In this document: positions 46,945 to 56,242 of the stretch, in pieces
Numbering within the stretch: the stretch's first letter is position 1
Layout: each line of letters opens with the position of its first letter
Origin: an uncultured Clostridia bacterium
GTDB taxonomy: Bacteria > Bacillota > Clostridia > TANB77 > CAG-508
Assembly: GCA_934120045.1 (NCBI GenBank)
Contig: CAKOTF010000009.1
Coordinates: forward strand, 2,509-66,508
Direction: 5' to 3'
DNA length: 64,000 nt
Notes under the pieces: model-generated
What the model saw: only the letters and a program-made list of their open reading frames with translations
Told to the model about the DNA's origin: nothing
Database searches by the model: none
Translations under genes and position numbers: made by a program

Positions 46945-48018
46945 TTATGCCTCAGAGCCATCTGGTTCTTGATCATTAGGTGCATCCTTATTTTCATCAT
47001 CTGTTTTATCTTCATTTTTTGGTTCTTTTTCTTCTTTAGATTCTGGTTCTTTATTATCTTCTTGTTCTTTTATTTCTTCCCTTACTTTTTCTTGTTCTTT
47101 TTTTATTTTTTCTACTTCTTCCAATTTCTTTAATAAATCATCTTTTAATAAGAAAATTACTGCTGCTAAATAAATATATGCAATTGTTATATATGCAACC
47201 TGGAAATAACTTATAGTAAATGTTGTAAAATAATTTACTATAATATATAACATATTTAATATCATTGGTAATGTTAATGCATATACAGCCATATTATAAA
47301 TTGCAACAAACCTTATTCTAATTCTTGTTATCATAGTTGTTAACCAACCAAATGCTGCAATTTCTAATGCATCTATTAATGTGATCATAATTTCAACTAA
47401 TAATAACGAAATGAATGATGATATCATATATTTTCCATAGAAATTATTCATTTTTGAACTACGCATATATTCTATTAATTGTGTTTTGCTAAATGATTTA
47501 ACATCATTTCCAGCATAATTTTGAACAAAATCTTTATATGTATATGGACTTATTTTTGTATCTATATTATCAACTTTTGTTCTCATTACAATTTGATTTT
47601 TAAAGAAGTATATTGTAACTCCTGTTGCATCATTTTCTGCTTCAAATTTTTCTTTTTCTTCATCACTCTCTAATAATGGATTTATAATAATTCTATTTAT
47701 TCCATCATATTGGATATTATCAATTATTATTGGTTCTTCTGTATCCATTTGAATTTGACCATCTTCATAAGAAAACTCTGGTATATTTTGTTCTATATAT
47801 TCTGATAAATTGAATACGACTTTTTTCATTTCAATAAATGAACTAATTGTCATGAATACTGTTATAAATGCACACATCATAGCCAAATATTTTAATGCTC
47901 TTCCAAGGCCTTCTGTTGCCATTTCTGGATATTTTTCAAATTTTGTTATTGAATACCATACTTTTTTAAAAAAGTTAATATTGACAACTCGATATTTTTC
48001 ATCTTCTTTTTCTTCCAT
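46945..48018 (-). CDS. DUF1189 membrane protein with a Lys/Glu-rich C-terminal tail
   Basis: FFKKVWYSITKFEKYPEMA N-terminus typical of DUF1189, and a roughly 65-aa KE-rich tail. Start re-called. Confidence 0.7.
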   Translation of the reverse strand: MEEKEDEKYRVVNINFFKKVWYSITKFEKYPEMATEGLGRALKYLAMMCAFITVFMTISSFIEMKKVVFNLSEYIEQNIPEFSYEDGQIQMDTEEPIIIDNIQYDGINRIIINPLLESDEEKEKFEAENDATGVTIYFFKNQIVMRTKVDNIDTKISPYTYKDFVQNYAGNDVKSFSKTQLIEYMRSSKMNNFYGKYMISSFISLLLVEIMITLIDALEIAAFGWLTTMITRIRIRFVAIYNMAVYALTLPMILNMLYIIVNYFTTFTISYFQVAYITIAYIYLAAVIFLLKDDLLKKLEEVEKIKKEQEKVREEIKEQEDNKEPESKEEKEPKNEDKTDDENKDAPNDQEPDGSEA

Positions 48019-48053
48019 TTTTATAAACTCCTTTTGCAAAATATATTTATAAC

Positions 48054-49169
48054 TTAAATATATTTTCTTTCAATCTTACTATCTACCAACATTGGACTTA
48101 CTTCAAACATTACTTCATCTCCAATGTTAATATTCTTTCCAGTTATATCAACTGTTACATGAAACATTCCAAGTCTTCCAAGAACTTTGAACTTTTCTCC
48201 ATTTATTTTCACAAAAATTTGTTGCTGCTTAAATGCATTTTTTATATCTCTTACTATATATCTTATCTTATCTCTTTTTCTAAACATATCTTTATCAACT
48301 ATTACATTGAATCCATCTGCATATCCACATGGAACTACAGCAACTTTTGTTTCTTTTTTTGTTTGATATGAATTTGAATATCCTATATTATACCCTTTAG
48401 GTAATGTTTTTATTTCTGCAACATTAGATTTTAATATTCCAACTCTTTGAAATCCCCATGTGTTTGGAATTGATAATCTTCCTAAAAGAGCAGACCCTAT
48501 CCTTACTGCATTTAAATACATATTTGTAAATCTAAGAAATGCAGATGAATTACATATATGTAGCATTCCTGTATCAATTTTTTCTTTTTTCAATACTGCT
48601 ACACAATCTATAAATCTACTAAATTGTTCTTGTGCTTCTTTTCCGTTTCCAAAAAACGCTAATGAAAAGTGTGAAAATGTTCCTTCTATTTGTATATTAT
48701 TCCACTGTTTAATATTTTCTACCATTTTTTCTTTTTCATTATATATAAATCCATATCTTCCAAATCCAGTATCTATTTTTAGATGAACTCTTGCTTTTTT
48801 ATTTTGTGCTAATTCATTTACTGCATCTCCTGCTTCTTTAGATCCTATTGTTAAAATAATATTTTTATCCAACATTTTTTGAATGTCTTCTTTTACAGCT
48901 GTAGATGACATCATTAATATATCTTCTTGTATTCCACCTTTTCTTAATTCTAAAGCTTCTTCAGTCGTTGCAACTGCAAACATTTTTACACCATTATCGG
49001 CAAGAAATTTTGAGTATTGAACTAAATCTAATCCATATCCATTTCCTTTTACAACTGCTATTAATTTTACTTTTTCTCCATTATCATTTTTTCCATTTTT
49101 ATTTATTATATTATTAATTATTTTTAAATTATTTTTTATTTTACTTTTTTCTACTAATAGCTCTTTCAA
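48054..49169 (-). CDS. alr: Alanine racemase
   Basis: AVVKGNGYG PLP-lysine block and a racemase C-terminal domain. Apparent TTG start. Confidence 0.85.
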   Translation of the reverse strand: MKELLVEKSKIKNNLKIINNIINKNGKNDNGEKVKLIAVVKGNGYGLDLVQYSKFLADNGVKMFAVATTEEALELRKGGIQEDILMMSSTAVKEDIQKMLDKNIILTIGSKEAGDAVNELAQNKKARVHLKIDTGFGRYGFIYNEKEKMVENIKQWNNIQIEGTFSHFSLAFFGNGKEAQEQFSRFIDCVAVLKKEKIDTGMLHICNSSAFLRFTNMYLNAVRIGSALLGRLSIPNTWGFQRVGILKSNVAEIKTLPKGYNIGYSNSYQTKKETKVAVVPCGYADGFNVIVDKDMFRKRDKIRYIVRDIKNAFKQQQIFVKINGEKFKVLGRLGMFHVTVDITGKNINIGDEVMFEVSPMLVDSKIERKYI

Positions 49170-49203
49170 TATTTTTCTTCCTCTCGATTATTAATTGCAC
49201 CTT

Positions 49204-50259
49204 TTATTTTTTTAATCTTGTTTTTAATCCTCTTAAATTTCTGAATGTTTTTTCAGAAAATTTATATAAAGAATAAGTAAATGGTTTAAATGGAATATAA
49301 ACTTCCCCTACAAATTCTGTGAATGTTGCTCCAAATCCTTTTTTAAATCTATATAATCCATATTGTGGGTGATTTTCATCTACAACTCCTGAAACTCCTC
49401 TAAAGTCATACACATCATCTTTTCTTGCTATTGCCATCTTTATCATTTCCCATTGTAATAAATAATTTGGCATTAAATTTCTATGTTCATTACTACTAGC
49501 ACCATATAAATACCATGTTTTATTACCATAGAAAATTGGTATTACTCCTGATATTGGCTTTCCATCATGATATGCCATTAATAATTTCATATGTTCTGGA
49601 GCCATTTCATCATACATTTTCTCAAAATATGATAATGGCCTTATTATAAATCCATCTCTTTCTCCTGTTTCGACCATTATTTTATGAAAATCTTTTAAGT
49701 CTTCTCTTGTTCCTTCTTTTACTTCAACACCTTTTTTTATTGCCAAACGCACATTATATCTTGTTTTTGAATGAAATCCTGCAAAAATTTCATCTTCTGT
49801 TTTATTTTTTATATCTAGTCTAAATACATATCTTGGTTGAATTTCTTCTCTAAAATTTTTAGCATCATCTTTTATTTTATATCCTAAACTTGTTACTATT
49901 TTTCTATATTCTTCATCACTACTTAAAATATCTGGTTCTGCTTTATATACAATTGCTTTATACTTTTTTGCTAATTCTTTGATTCCGTCTGTTAGTTGTT
50001 TCATTACAGATATATCATGTATATCACATGTTGGTCCTCTTGATGAATACATTATGTTTCCAAATATAGGTATTTTTCTTATTAAAATACTTACTGCTCC
50101 GATTATTTTTCCACTTTCATCTTCTGCTAATACTATTTCATTTATCCAATTTCCTTTTACTTTTGCCCATTCTGGTGATTGTTGAAAATTACACCTTTCA
50201 TGTTTTTCTAAAAATTCTTTATATGCTTGTCTATCTTTCTCATCTGTTACTATTCTCAT
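49204..50259 (-). CDS. FemAB-family peptidoglycan interpeptide-bridge aminoacyltransferase
   Basis: FQQSPEWAKVKG, NLMPNYLLQWEMI, YDFRGV and GLYRFKKGFG blocks. Confidence 0.9.
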   Translation of the reverse strand: MRIVTDEKDRQAYKEFLEKHERCNFQQSPEWAKVKGNWINEIVLAEDESGKIIGAVSILIRKIPIFGNIMYSSRGPTCDIHDISVMKQLTDGIKELAKKYKAIVYKAEPDILSSDEEYRKIVTSLGYKIKDDAKNFREEIQPRYVFRLDIKNKTEDEIFAGFHSKTRYNVRLAIKKGVEVKEGTREDLKDFHKIMVETGERDGFIIRPLSYFEKMYDEMAPEHMKLLMAYHDGKPISGVIPIFYGNKTWYLYGASSNEHRNLMPNYLLQWEMIKMAIARKDDVYDFRGVSGVVDENHPQYGLYRFKKGFGATFTEFVGEVYIPFKPFTYSLYKFSEKTFRNLRGLKTRLKK

Positions 50260-50452
50260 TTTGTTTTACTCGTATAATTTATTTTATTATACGAATTTCT
50301 CCTTTCTTTCTGACTTATTTTATATTATTTATAATTATTTTTTTCCATGATTATTGTACACTAAATATATTATTTTTACAAGTTATTTTATAATAAATGA
50401 AGAAAAAACTCATAGGTATAATTCTTTATTAGAATATATCTATGAGTTTTTT

Positions 50453-51073
50453 TTAATCTATCATTTCTATTTTTTCTATAACTGGTTGATTTTCTTTTAA
50501 TACTGTACCATTATCATCTTCTATTTTTACATCTTCACATATTTTGTCTACAATTTCGATTCCACTTGTTACTTTTCCAAATGCAGCATAGGCTCCATCT
50601 AATCCAGTATAATCTTTATGCATTATAAAAAATTGTGAACTAGCACTATTATAAGCCATCGATCTTGCCATTGAAATTACACCTCTAGTATGAGAAAGTG
50701 TATTCTTTACACCATTTTGTGCAAATTCACCTTTTATATTTTCATCACTTCCACCAGTTCCATTACCATTTGGATCTCCACCTTGAATCATAAATCCTGA
50801 TATGATTCTATGAAATGTTAATCCATTATAAAAACCTTCATTTACCAATTTTGCAAAATTTGCAACTGTAATTGGTGCAATATCTGCATATAATTCTACA
50901 TTTATTGTTCCATAATCTTTTATTGTTATTTGCGCATGATGTGTTCCTTTTGAATATTTATCTTCATCTTGATTTATATTTTCTTTTTTTGAATTATTTA
51001 TTATCATTGCAATAATTCCTCCTATTATTATAATTCCAATTATTATTCCTATAATTATATACCTTTTTTTCAT
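50453..51073 (-). CDS. Cyclophilin-type peptidyl-prolyl isomerase with an N-terminal membrane anchor
   Basis: FYNGLTFHRIISGFMIQGGDP. Start re-called to MKKRYIII behind a GGAGGTG SD (the track ORF runs through the tRNA). Confidence 0.9.
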   Translation of the reverse strand: MKKRYIIIGIIIGIIIIGGIIAMIINNSKKENINQDEDKYSKGTHHAQITIKDYGTINVELYADIAPITVANFAKLVNEGFYNGLTFHRIISGFMIQGGDPNGNGTGGSDENIKGEFAQNGVKNTLSHTRGVISMARSMAYNSASSQFFIMHKDYTGLDGAYAAFGKVTSGIEIVDKICEDVKIEDDNGTVLKENQPVIEKIEMID

Positions 51074-51111
51074 TATGTTCTCACCTCCAATAAATTTTAA
51101 AAAATTTATTT

Positions 51112-51186
51112 TGGCTGGGGCACTGTGATTCGAACACAGGAATGTCGGAGTCAGAGTCCGATGCCTTACCACTTGGCGATGCCCCA
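51112..51186 (-). tRNA. tRNA-Gln (anticodon CUG), CCA encoded
   Basis: Folded by hand. Acceptor UGGGGCA/UGCCCCA, anticodon stem UCGGA/UCCGA with loop CUCUGAC, T-arm CUGUG-UUCGAAU-CACAG, 3' GCCA. Close to the recalled E. coli tRNA-Gln. Confidence 0.95.
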
Positions 51187-51290
51187 ATATGAATTAATTC
51201 ATACTTATATTAGCACAATTAATTTTAATTTGCAATAACTAATAGACATTTTTTATACAATTATCAATGTTCTAAAAAGTGGATATAATT

Positions 51291-51977
51291 TTAAAATTTA
51301 TATCCACTTAATTCACTTTCAATTTTTATGTAATTTTCGAAATTTTCTTCCATTATATCATTAAAACTTTTACAATGTGTTTTATATTTTAAATGACAAA
51401 ATTCGTGTGCTATCACATATTCAATTGTTTCTCTTTTGAATTGTATAATTTCAGGTGAAATTATGATTTCTTTTTTTGATGTACATTTTGCAATTTCACC
51501 ATCTAATTGTTCTATAAAATAATCTTCTGGTGCAATTCCTAGCATTAATCTTATTTTTTCCATTATATTGTCTATTTCTTTTTTAACTATTTGTTCATAC
51601 ATTTTATTTATTGACATTTTTAAAATTTGTTTGTTTCCTATTTTTCTATATTTATTTGGTAATATTATTTTTATCTCATAATTTTCTTCTATATTTAATT
51701 CTGGAGTATCAATATTTGAATATACAACTTTTAAATCATAATTTTTTCCAAATATTTTTACAGATTGCATATTTGAACTTTGTTGTTGATATTCATTTAT
51801 TTTACTTAAAATCCAATTCTTCTTTTCTTCAACTACTGCTTGAATTTTATTTTGCGTAAAATACCAAGGTGCATTTACAATAACTTCACCATTTTGAATT
51901 GTTATATACATATCTCTATTTGTTGCCTTATTTACTGTGTATGTTATTACATTGTTTCTTTTTCCAAATATACTCAT
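51291..51977 (-). CDS. YgjP-like (DUF45) M48-family metallopeptidase
   Basis: C-terminal HEFCHLKY zinc motif; 228 aa. Confidence 0.8.
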   Translation of the reverse strand: MSIFGKRNNVITYTVNKATNRDMYITIQNGEVIVNAPWYFTQNKIQAVVEEKKNWILSKINEYQQQSSNMQSVKIFGKNYDLKVVYSNIDTPELNIEENYEIKIILPNKYRKIGNKQILKMSINKMYEQIVKKEIDNIMEKIRLMLGIAPEDYFIEQLDGEIAKCTSKKEIIISPEIIQFKRETIEYVIAHEFCHLKYKTHCKSFNDIMEENFENYIKIESELSGYKF

Positions 51978-51995
51978 CTTAAATTCCTCCTTGCT

Positions 51996-52009
51996 TGAAC
52001 TTCTGTTCG
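51996..52009 (-). promoter_or_regulatory. LexA-type box CGAACAGAAGTTCA in the leader of the DUF45 gene
   Basis: GAAC-N4-GTTC read directly. It lies between a TTGACA-N17-TAAAAT promoter and the GGAGG SD. Confidence 0.45.
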
Positions 52010-52186
52010 TTTTCTTGTTGATGCTATTTTATATCTTATTTGACAAATTGTCAATACTATTTCAAAAATTTTCGAACATTTTTTCGCAGTAACTAAATTA
52101 ATCATTTTTTCAGCATTTCTGTAGTTCCTTAATCATAATATTTTTATAAAAGAATATTTTTGTACTAAAAGTTGGAGGTCTCTATT

Positions 52187-53227
52187 ATGTATAAATTCAA
52201 AATAGTAAAATTAAAAAATTTTATTTTACCTTTTATATTAGTTTTTTTTACTATATGTCTTGTCGTTTTTTCTAATTCTAATTTAAAAGCTGCCAAAAAT
52301 GGTTTAGTTTTATGGGCCAATTCTGTTGTCCCTTCTTTATTTCCTTTTTTTGTTGCTACTGAATTACTTTCTTATACAAATTTTACATATTATTTAGGAA
52401 AATTATTAAATAAATTTATGAAACCACTTTTTAACATTAGAGGTGAAGGAAGTTTTGCCTTTATTATGGGAATTTTAAGTGGCTACCCTATGGGAGCTAA
52501 AATTGCAGCTAATTTTAGACAAAATAATATTTGTTCTAAAGTAGAATGTGAGCGTTTACTTAGCTTTACAAATAATTCTGGTCCTTTATTTATAATTGGA
52601 AGTGTTGGAATAAGTTTATTTGGAAATTCTACTATTGGTTTTTTACTACTTTTCACTCACTTACTTGCATCTATTTCTGTTGGCTTTTTATTTCGTTTTT
52701 GGAAGAAAAATGATTCTAAAAACTTTATTAGTAGTTCATCAAATATTAAAAACAGAACTATAAAATTATCTAGTTTGGGAGAAATTATTGGAAATAGTAT
52801 TAAAAGTTCAATAAATACTATTTTAATGATTGGTGGCTTTGTTGTTTTGTTTTCTGTTATACTTTCTATTTTAAAAACAAGTAATTTACTTAATATATCT
52901 TGTTATTTTATGAAACCTATATTTAATTTTTTTAGAATTCCTCAAACATTTTATTCTGGTTTTATATCTGGAATTATAGAATTAACCAATGGGCTAAATA
53001 TAATTTGTAATATTCCTGAAAAAAATATTTCTATAAATATAATTATTGCTTCTTTCCTTCTTGGTCTCGGTGGCATTTCTGTCTTGCTTCAAGTTTGGAG
53101 TTGTATTTCTAAAACAGATTTATCTATTACACCATATATCTTAGGAAAGATTTTACAAGCTTGTTTTTCTGCATTATATACTTGGATATTTATAAACATT
53201 GTGCCATTTTTGAATTTTAATTTATAA
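52187..53227 (+). CDS. ylbJ: Sporulation integral membrane protein YlbJ (nucleoside-recognition domains)
   Basis: GILSGYPMGAKIAA and FTNNSGPLF blocks. Start re-called to MYKFK behind a TGGAGG SD. Confidence 0.8.
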   Translation: MYKFKIVKLKNFILPFILVFFTICLVVFSNSNLKAAKNGLVLWANSVVPSLFPFFVATELLSYTNFTYYLGKLLNKFMKPLFNIRGEGSFAFIMGILSGYPMGAKIAANFRQNNICSKVECERLLSFTNNSGPLFIIGSVGISLFGNSTIGFLLLFTHLLASISVGFLFRFWKKNDSKNFISSSSNIKNRTIKLSSLGEIIGNSIKSSINTILMIGGFVVLFSVILSILKTSNLLNISCYFMKPIFNFFRIPQTFYSGFISGIIELTNGLNIICNIPEKNISINIIIASFLLGLGGISVLLQVWSCISKTDLSITPYILGKILQACFSALYTWIFINIVPFLNFNL

Positions 53228-53265
53228 AAAATCCATAGTTGATATTATTTCAACTATGGATTTTT
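53228..53265. terminator. Bidirectional terminator between ylbJ and the FtsH-like gene
   Basis: AAAAATCCATAGTTGA/TCAACTATGGATTTTT. Confidence 0.7.
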
Positions 53266-53282
53266 CCTTTCATTCCCAATAA

Positions 53283-54632
53283 TTATTTAGGATTATATTT
53301 ATTATAGATAGCATACACCTCTTCTTCACTAAGTACTTCTTTTTGTAAAAGGTTTTGAGCAATTTCTTCTAACATTGTTTTGTTTTGAAGCAAATATTCC
53401 TTTGTTCTCTTGTAGAACAAATTCATGAGATCTACACTTCTGTTAAGAAGCCGATTGTTCAAATCAGATCCTGCTAATTGTTCTAAACTAAGACATGAAA
53501 CAGGAGCAATTCCTATTTCTTCATCAAAACAAAATTCAGTTAAATACTGCTTTACAAGCTTTGTTGTCTTTTTAAGATCTCCTTTCGCTCCACTAGTAGG
53601 CGAATTAAAGAACACATCTTCTGCAACTCTACCCGCAAGACTTATCATAATTTCTATTTCAAAATCCTGCTTGGTCATTTTTCCATATTCATTCAAAGGA
53701 TATGTTGCGACACGTCCAAAGAAATCTTGCGTAGGAATTATGGAAATATCTCGTATTCTCTTGATTTGGGAAAGAAAAACACAAATTGCATGACCCGCTT
53801 CATGATATGCAGTTACTTTCTTTTCTATAAATGTTCTGTTAATTCTTAGTGGAACTGCTTCCTCACAATTTATTTGAGCCTCACAAAAATCTTTGCTTAA
53901 AACATTTTTATGATGTTTTTGTTCAGCAATTTCTATTGCCATATTCATAATTTTTATAATTTCTAACGTAGAGGCTCCAATAAGTTTTTGGGCTAATTTC
54001 TTCACACTTACGCTTGGATCAACTCTTTTCTTATTGCAACAATATTCAATAATTTGCATTCTATCATCAAAATCTGGTAGAAACATGCTAACAAACATTT
54101 CAAAATGTTTGGGACATTTTAAAGAAGAACTGATTTCTTTAATATTTCTAGTTGTTGCAATAACTAACACATGATCTCTTTTGTTCATTTCATATGCTAA
54201 TTGTGCAATAATCCTTTCATTATTTTTGTTTTCTTTTCCCATCACATCAAATTCATCCAAAAAAATAATACAAGATTCTTTTGCTCTTGCTGCTAAAAAC
54301 AAGTGCTTTATATCTTTTGCATTATTTATTTCTGAACCAGAAATCATAATAAAAGGTAATTTGCTTTCAGCAATAAATGCTTTGGCAATTAATGTTTTTC
54401 CAGTTCCTTTCGGCCCATCAATAAGAATTCCTTTAGGAATTTTTTGTCTTAATCTACATTTTGAAGTACTCCGTAATTCTAATAATCGTATTATTTTTGC
54501 CAAATCAGATTTTTGACTTTCATACCCAATAATGTCATTAAAACTTACTTTCATTTTTGCATCTATTTTAAATGCAATTCCCCAAAAGTATCCCATAATA
54601 ATTTGACCTAGTCTCCATACAATTTTTTGCAT
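53283..54632 (-). CDS. Divergent FtsH-like AAA+/M41 protein lacking the membrane/periplasmic module
   Basis: Walker A GPKGTGKT, Walker B IIFLDEFD and HEAGH are retained. The pore-loop region is deleted and RPGRFDR is replaced by KCPKHFEM. Start re-called to MQKIVW. Confidence 0.8.
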   Translation of the reverse strand: MQKIVWRLGQIIMGYFWGIAFKIDAKMKVSFNDIIGYESQKSDLAKIIRLLELRSTSKCRLRQKIPKGILIDGPKGTGKTLIAKAFIAESKLPFIMISGSEINNAKDIKHLFLAARAKESCIIFLDEFDVMGKENKNNERIIAQLAYEMNKRDHVLVIATTRNIKEISSSLKCPKHFEMFVSMFLPDFDDRMQIIEYCCNKKRVDPSVSVKKLAQKLIGASTLEIIKIMNMAIEIAEQKHHKNVLSKDFCEAQINCEEAVPLRINRTFIEKKVTAYHEAGHAICVFLSQIKRIRDISIIPTQDFFGRVATYPLNEYGKMTKQDFEIEIMISLAGRVAEDVFFNSPTSGAKGDLKKTTKLVKQYLTEFCFDEEIGIAPVSCLSLEQLAGSDLNNRLLNRSVDLMNLFYKRTKEYLLQNKTMLEEIAQNLLQKEVLSEEEVYAIYNKYNPK

Positions 54633-54767
54633 AAAATGCCTCCTATAATAAATTTTCAAAGTTCGTACATTATTATTATATCATCATTTACATAATATTA
54701 CAAGTGATATTTTGTTCTTTACTGCAAAACCCTTATAATTAGATTTCTCTAATTACAAGGGCATTTT

Positions 54768-56087
54768 TTAATAATCTTTTATTCTTTCTTTTAAATCATC
54801 AAAATTAATCAATTTCCAAGACCAATTTTGATCACTTTCAACTCCTGGCACATTAATTCTAGAATTTTCATCAAGTCCTAAAATATCTTGAACCATTATT
54901 ATTGGCATTTTTGCCTTACATTTTGATAAATATTGCATAATGCCAATATTTATATTTATATCATAACATTCATTCTTTCTTAAAAATTCTTTTAATTTCC
55001 ATTTATGTTCATCATCTAAAGTTTTATACCAACCATATATTGTATTACAATCATGATTCCCAGGAAAAACCAGTACATTTTCAGCTTCATTATCTCTATC
55101 ATACAAATTATCTAAATCTATAGTAAATTGTAATATTTTCTGCCTTGTAAATCCATAATGTTCTCTTAATTTTATTGTTTCTTCTCTTATTTCCCCTAAA
55201 TCTTCTATTATAAAGTTTTCAATATTTACATTTTTCTCTTTAAATAATTCATCAAAAAATCCATAACTTAGTCCATCTACATATGTTCCTTCTTTACCTG
55301 TTTTTCCAAATGGTATTCTGAAAAATGAATCATATCCTCTAAAATAATCTATTCTTACTTTATCGAATAATTTTAAATGATACTTAAATCTTTTTATTAA
55401 ATATTGATAATTATCTTTTTTTATATTTTCTACATTATATATAGGACTATTCCATTTTTGACCATTTTCATTGAAATAGTCTGGAGGAGTTCCAGCTTCA
55501 AATGTAAACTTTCCATTTTCCATTTCAAAATATTCTGAATGGTATTTAGTTTCAACTGATTCAAATACTGGATATACCGGCATATCTCCAATAATTTGAA
55601 CATTTTTTGAATTAGCATAATATTTCAATTCCATCCATTGCTTATATAATATATATTGTAAAAATAAATAATAATCTTTTTCATTTTCTGTCTTTTGACT
55701 CATGAACTCTGCATATTCATTTATTTCTTGCAATATTATAAATTCATAATATTCATTATTAGGTCTAAAATTTCTATATGCTTCTTTATAATATTTTTCT
55801 TTAAAATTATCATATATTACTCTATCTTTATTTTCTCTTATTTCTGCATTTTGTATTAGTTTTTCTTCTTTTAATTTGTCTAATGAAATATAATCTTCTT
55901 CCAATGCATAATAACTTACTGGAGAATATGGGTGTTTATCACATTCGTTTATTGGTAATATCTCCCAGTATTTTATGTTATTTTCACTTAATATATCAAT
56001 AAACTGATATGCTTCATATCCAAAGTCTCCTATTCCATATTTACTTGGAAGTGAAAAAATTGGAAGTAAAATTCCTTTTTCTTTCAT
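54768..56087 (-). CDS. malQ: 4-alpha-glucanotransferase (GH77, MalQ-like), shorter than typical
   Basis: GILLPIFSLPSKYGIGDFG, IIGDMPVY, RIDYFRG, IIEDLG, GNHDCNT. Confidence 0.8.
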   Translation of the reverse strand: MKEKGILLPIFSLPSKYGIGDFGYEAYQFIDILSENNIKYWEILPINECDKHPYSPVSYYALEEDYISLDKLKEEKLIQNAEIRENKDRVIYDNFKEKYYKEAYRNFRPNNEYYEFIILQEINEYAEFMSQKTENEKDYYLFLQYILYKQWMELKYYANSKNVQIIGDMPVYPVFESVETKYHSEYFEMENGKFTFEAGTPPDYFNENGQKWNSPIYNVENIKKDNYQYLIKRFKYHLKLFDKVRIDYFRGYDSFFRIPFGKTGKEGTYVDGLSYGFFDELFKEKNVNIENFIIEDLGEIREETIKLREHYGFTRQKILQFTIDLDNLYDRDNEAENVLVFPGNHDCNTIYGWYKTLDDEHKWKLKEFLRKNECYDININIGIMQYLSKCKAKMPIIMVQDILGLDENSRINVPGVESDQNWSWKLINFDDLKERIKDY

Positions 56088-56242
56088 ATTCTTTTGTTCC
56101 TTTCTTTTTTTTGCTTTTGCTTAAAATAATTATATATTAATAAGTTTATTTTTTCAATAGATAAATATTAATAATTTTTCTAACTTTATCATAAAAAACC
56201 AAGCAAAATTCTATTAAAGAATCTTACTTGGTCTTTTTTTAT

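Noticed and set aside
46945-47140. Lys/Glu/Asp-rich repetitive coding tail of the DUF1189 gene, with a mirrored F-rich plus-strand ORF, considered as a possible tandem-repeat or contingency locus.
   Set aside because: The repeats are degenerate, with no exact unit, and are in frame with the DUF1189 ORF. This is consistent with an ordinary low-complexity cytoplasmic tail.
51074-51187. N-terminal 38 codons of track ORF 50453-51187 (MGHRQVVRHRTLTPTF...).
   Set aside because: This stretch is the antisense-free read-through of the tRNA-Gln gene on the same strand. The real cyclophilin start is MKKRYIII at 51073, behind a GGAGGTG SD.
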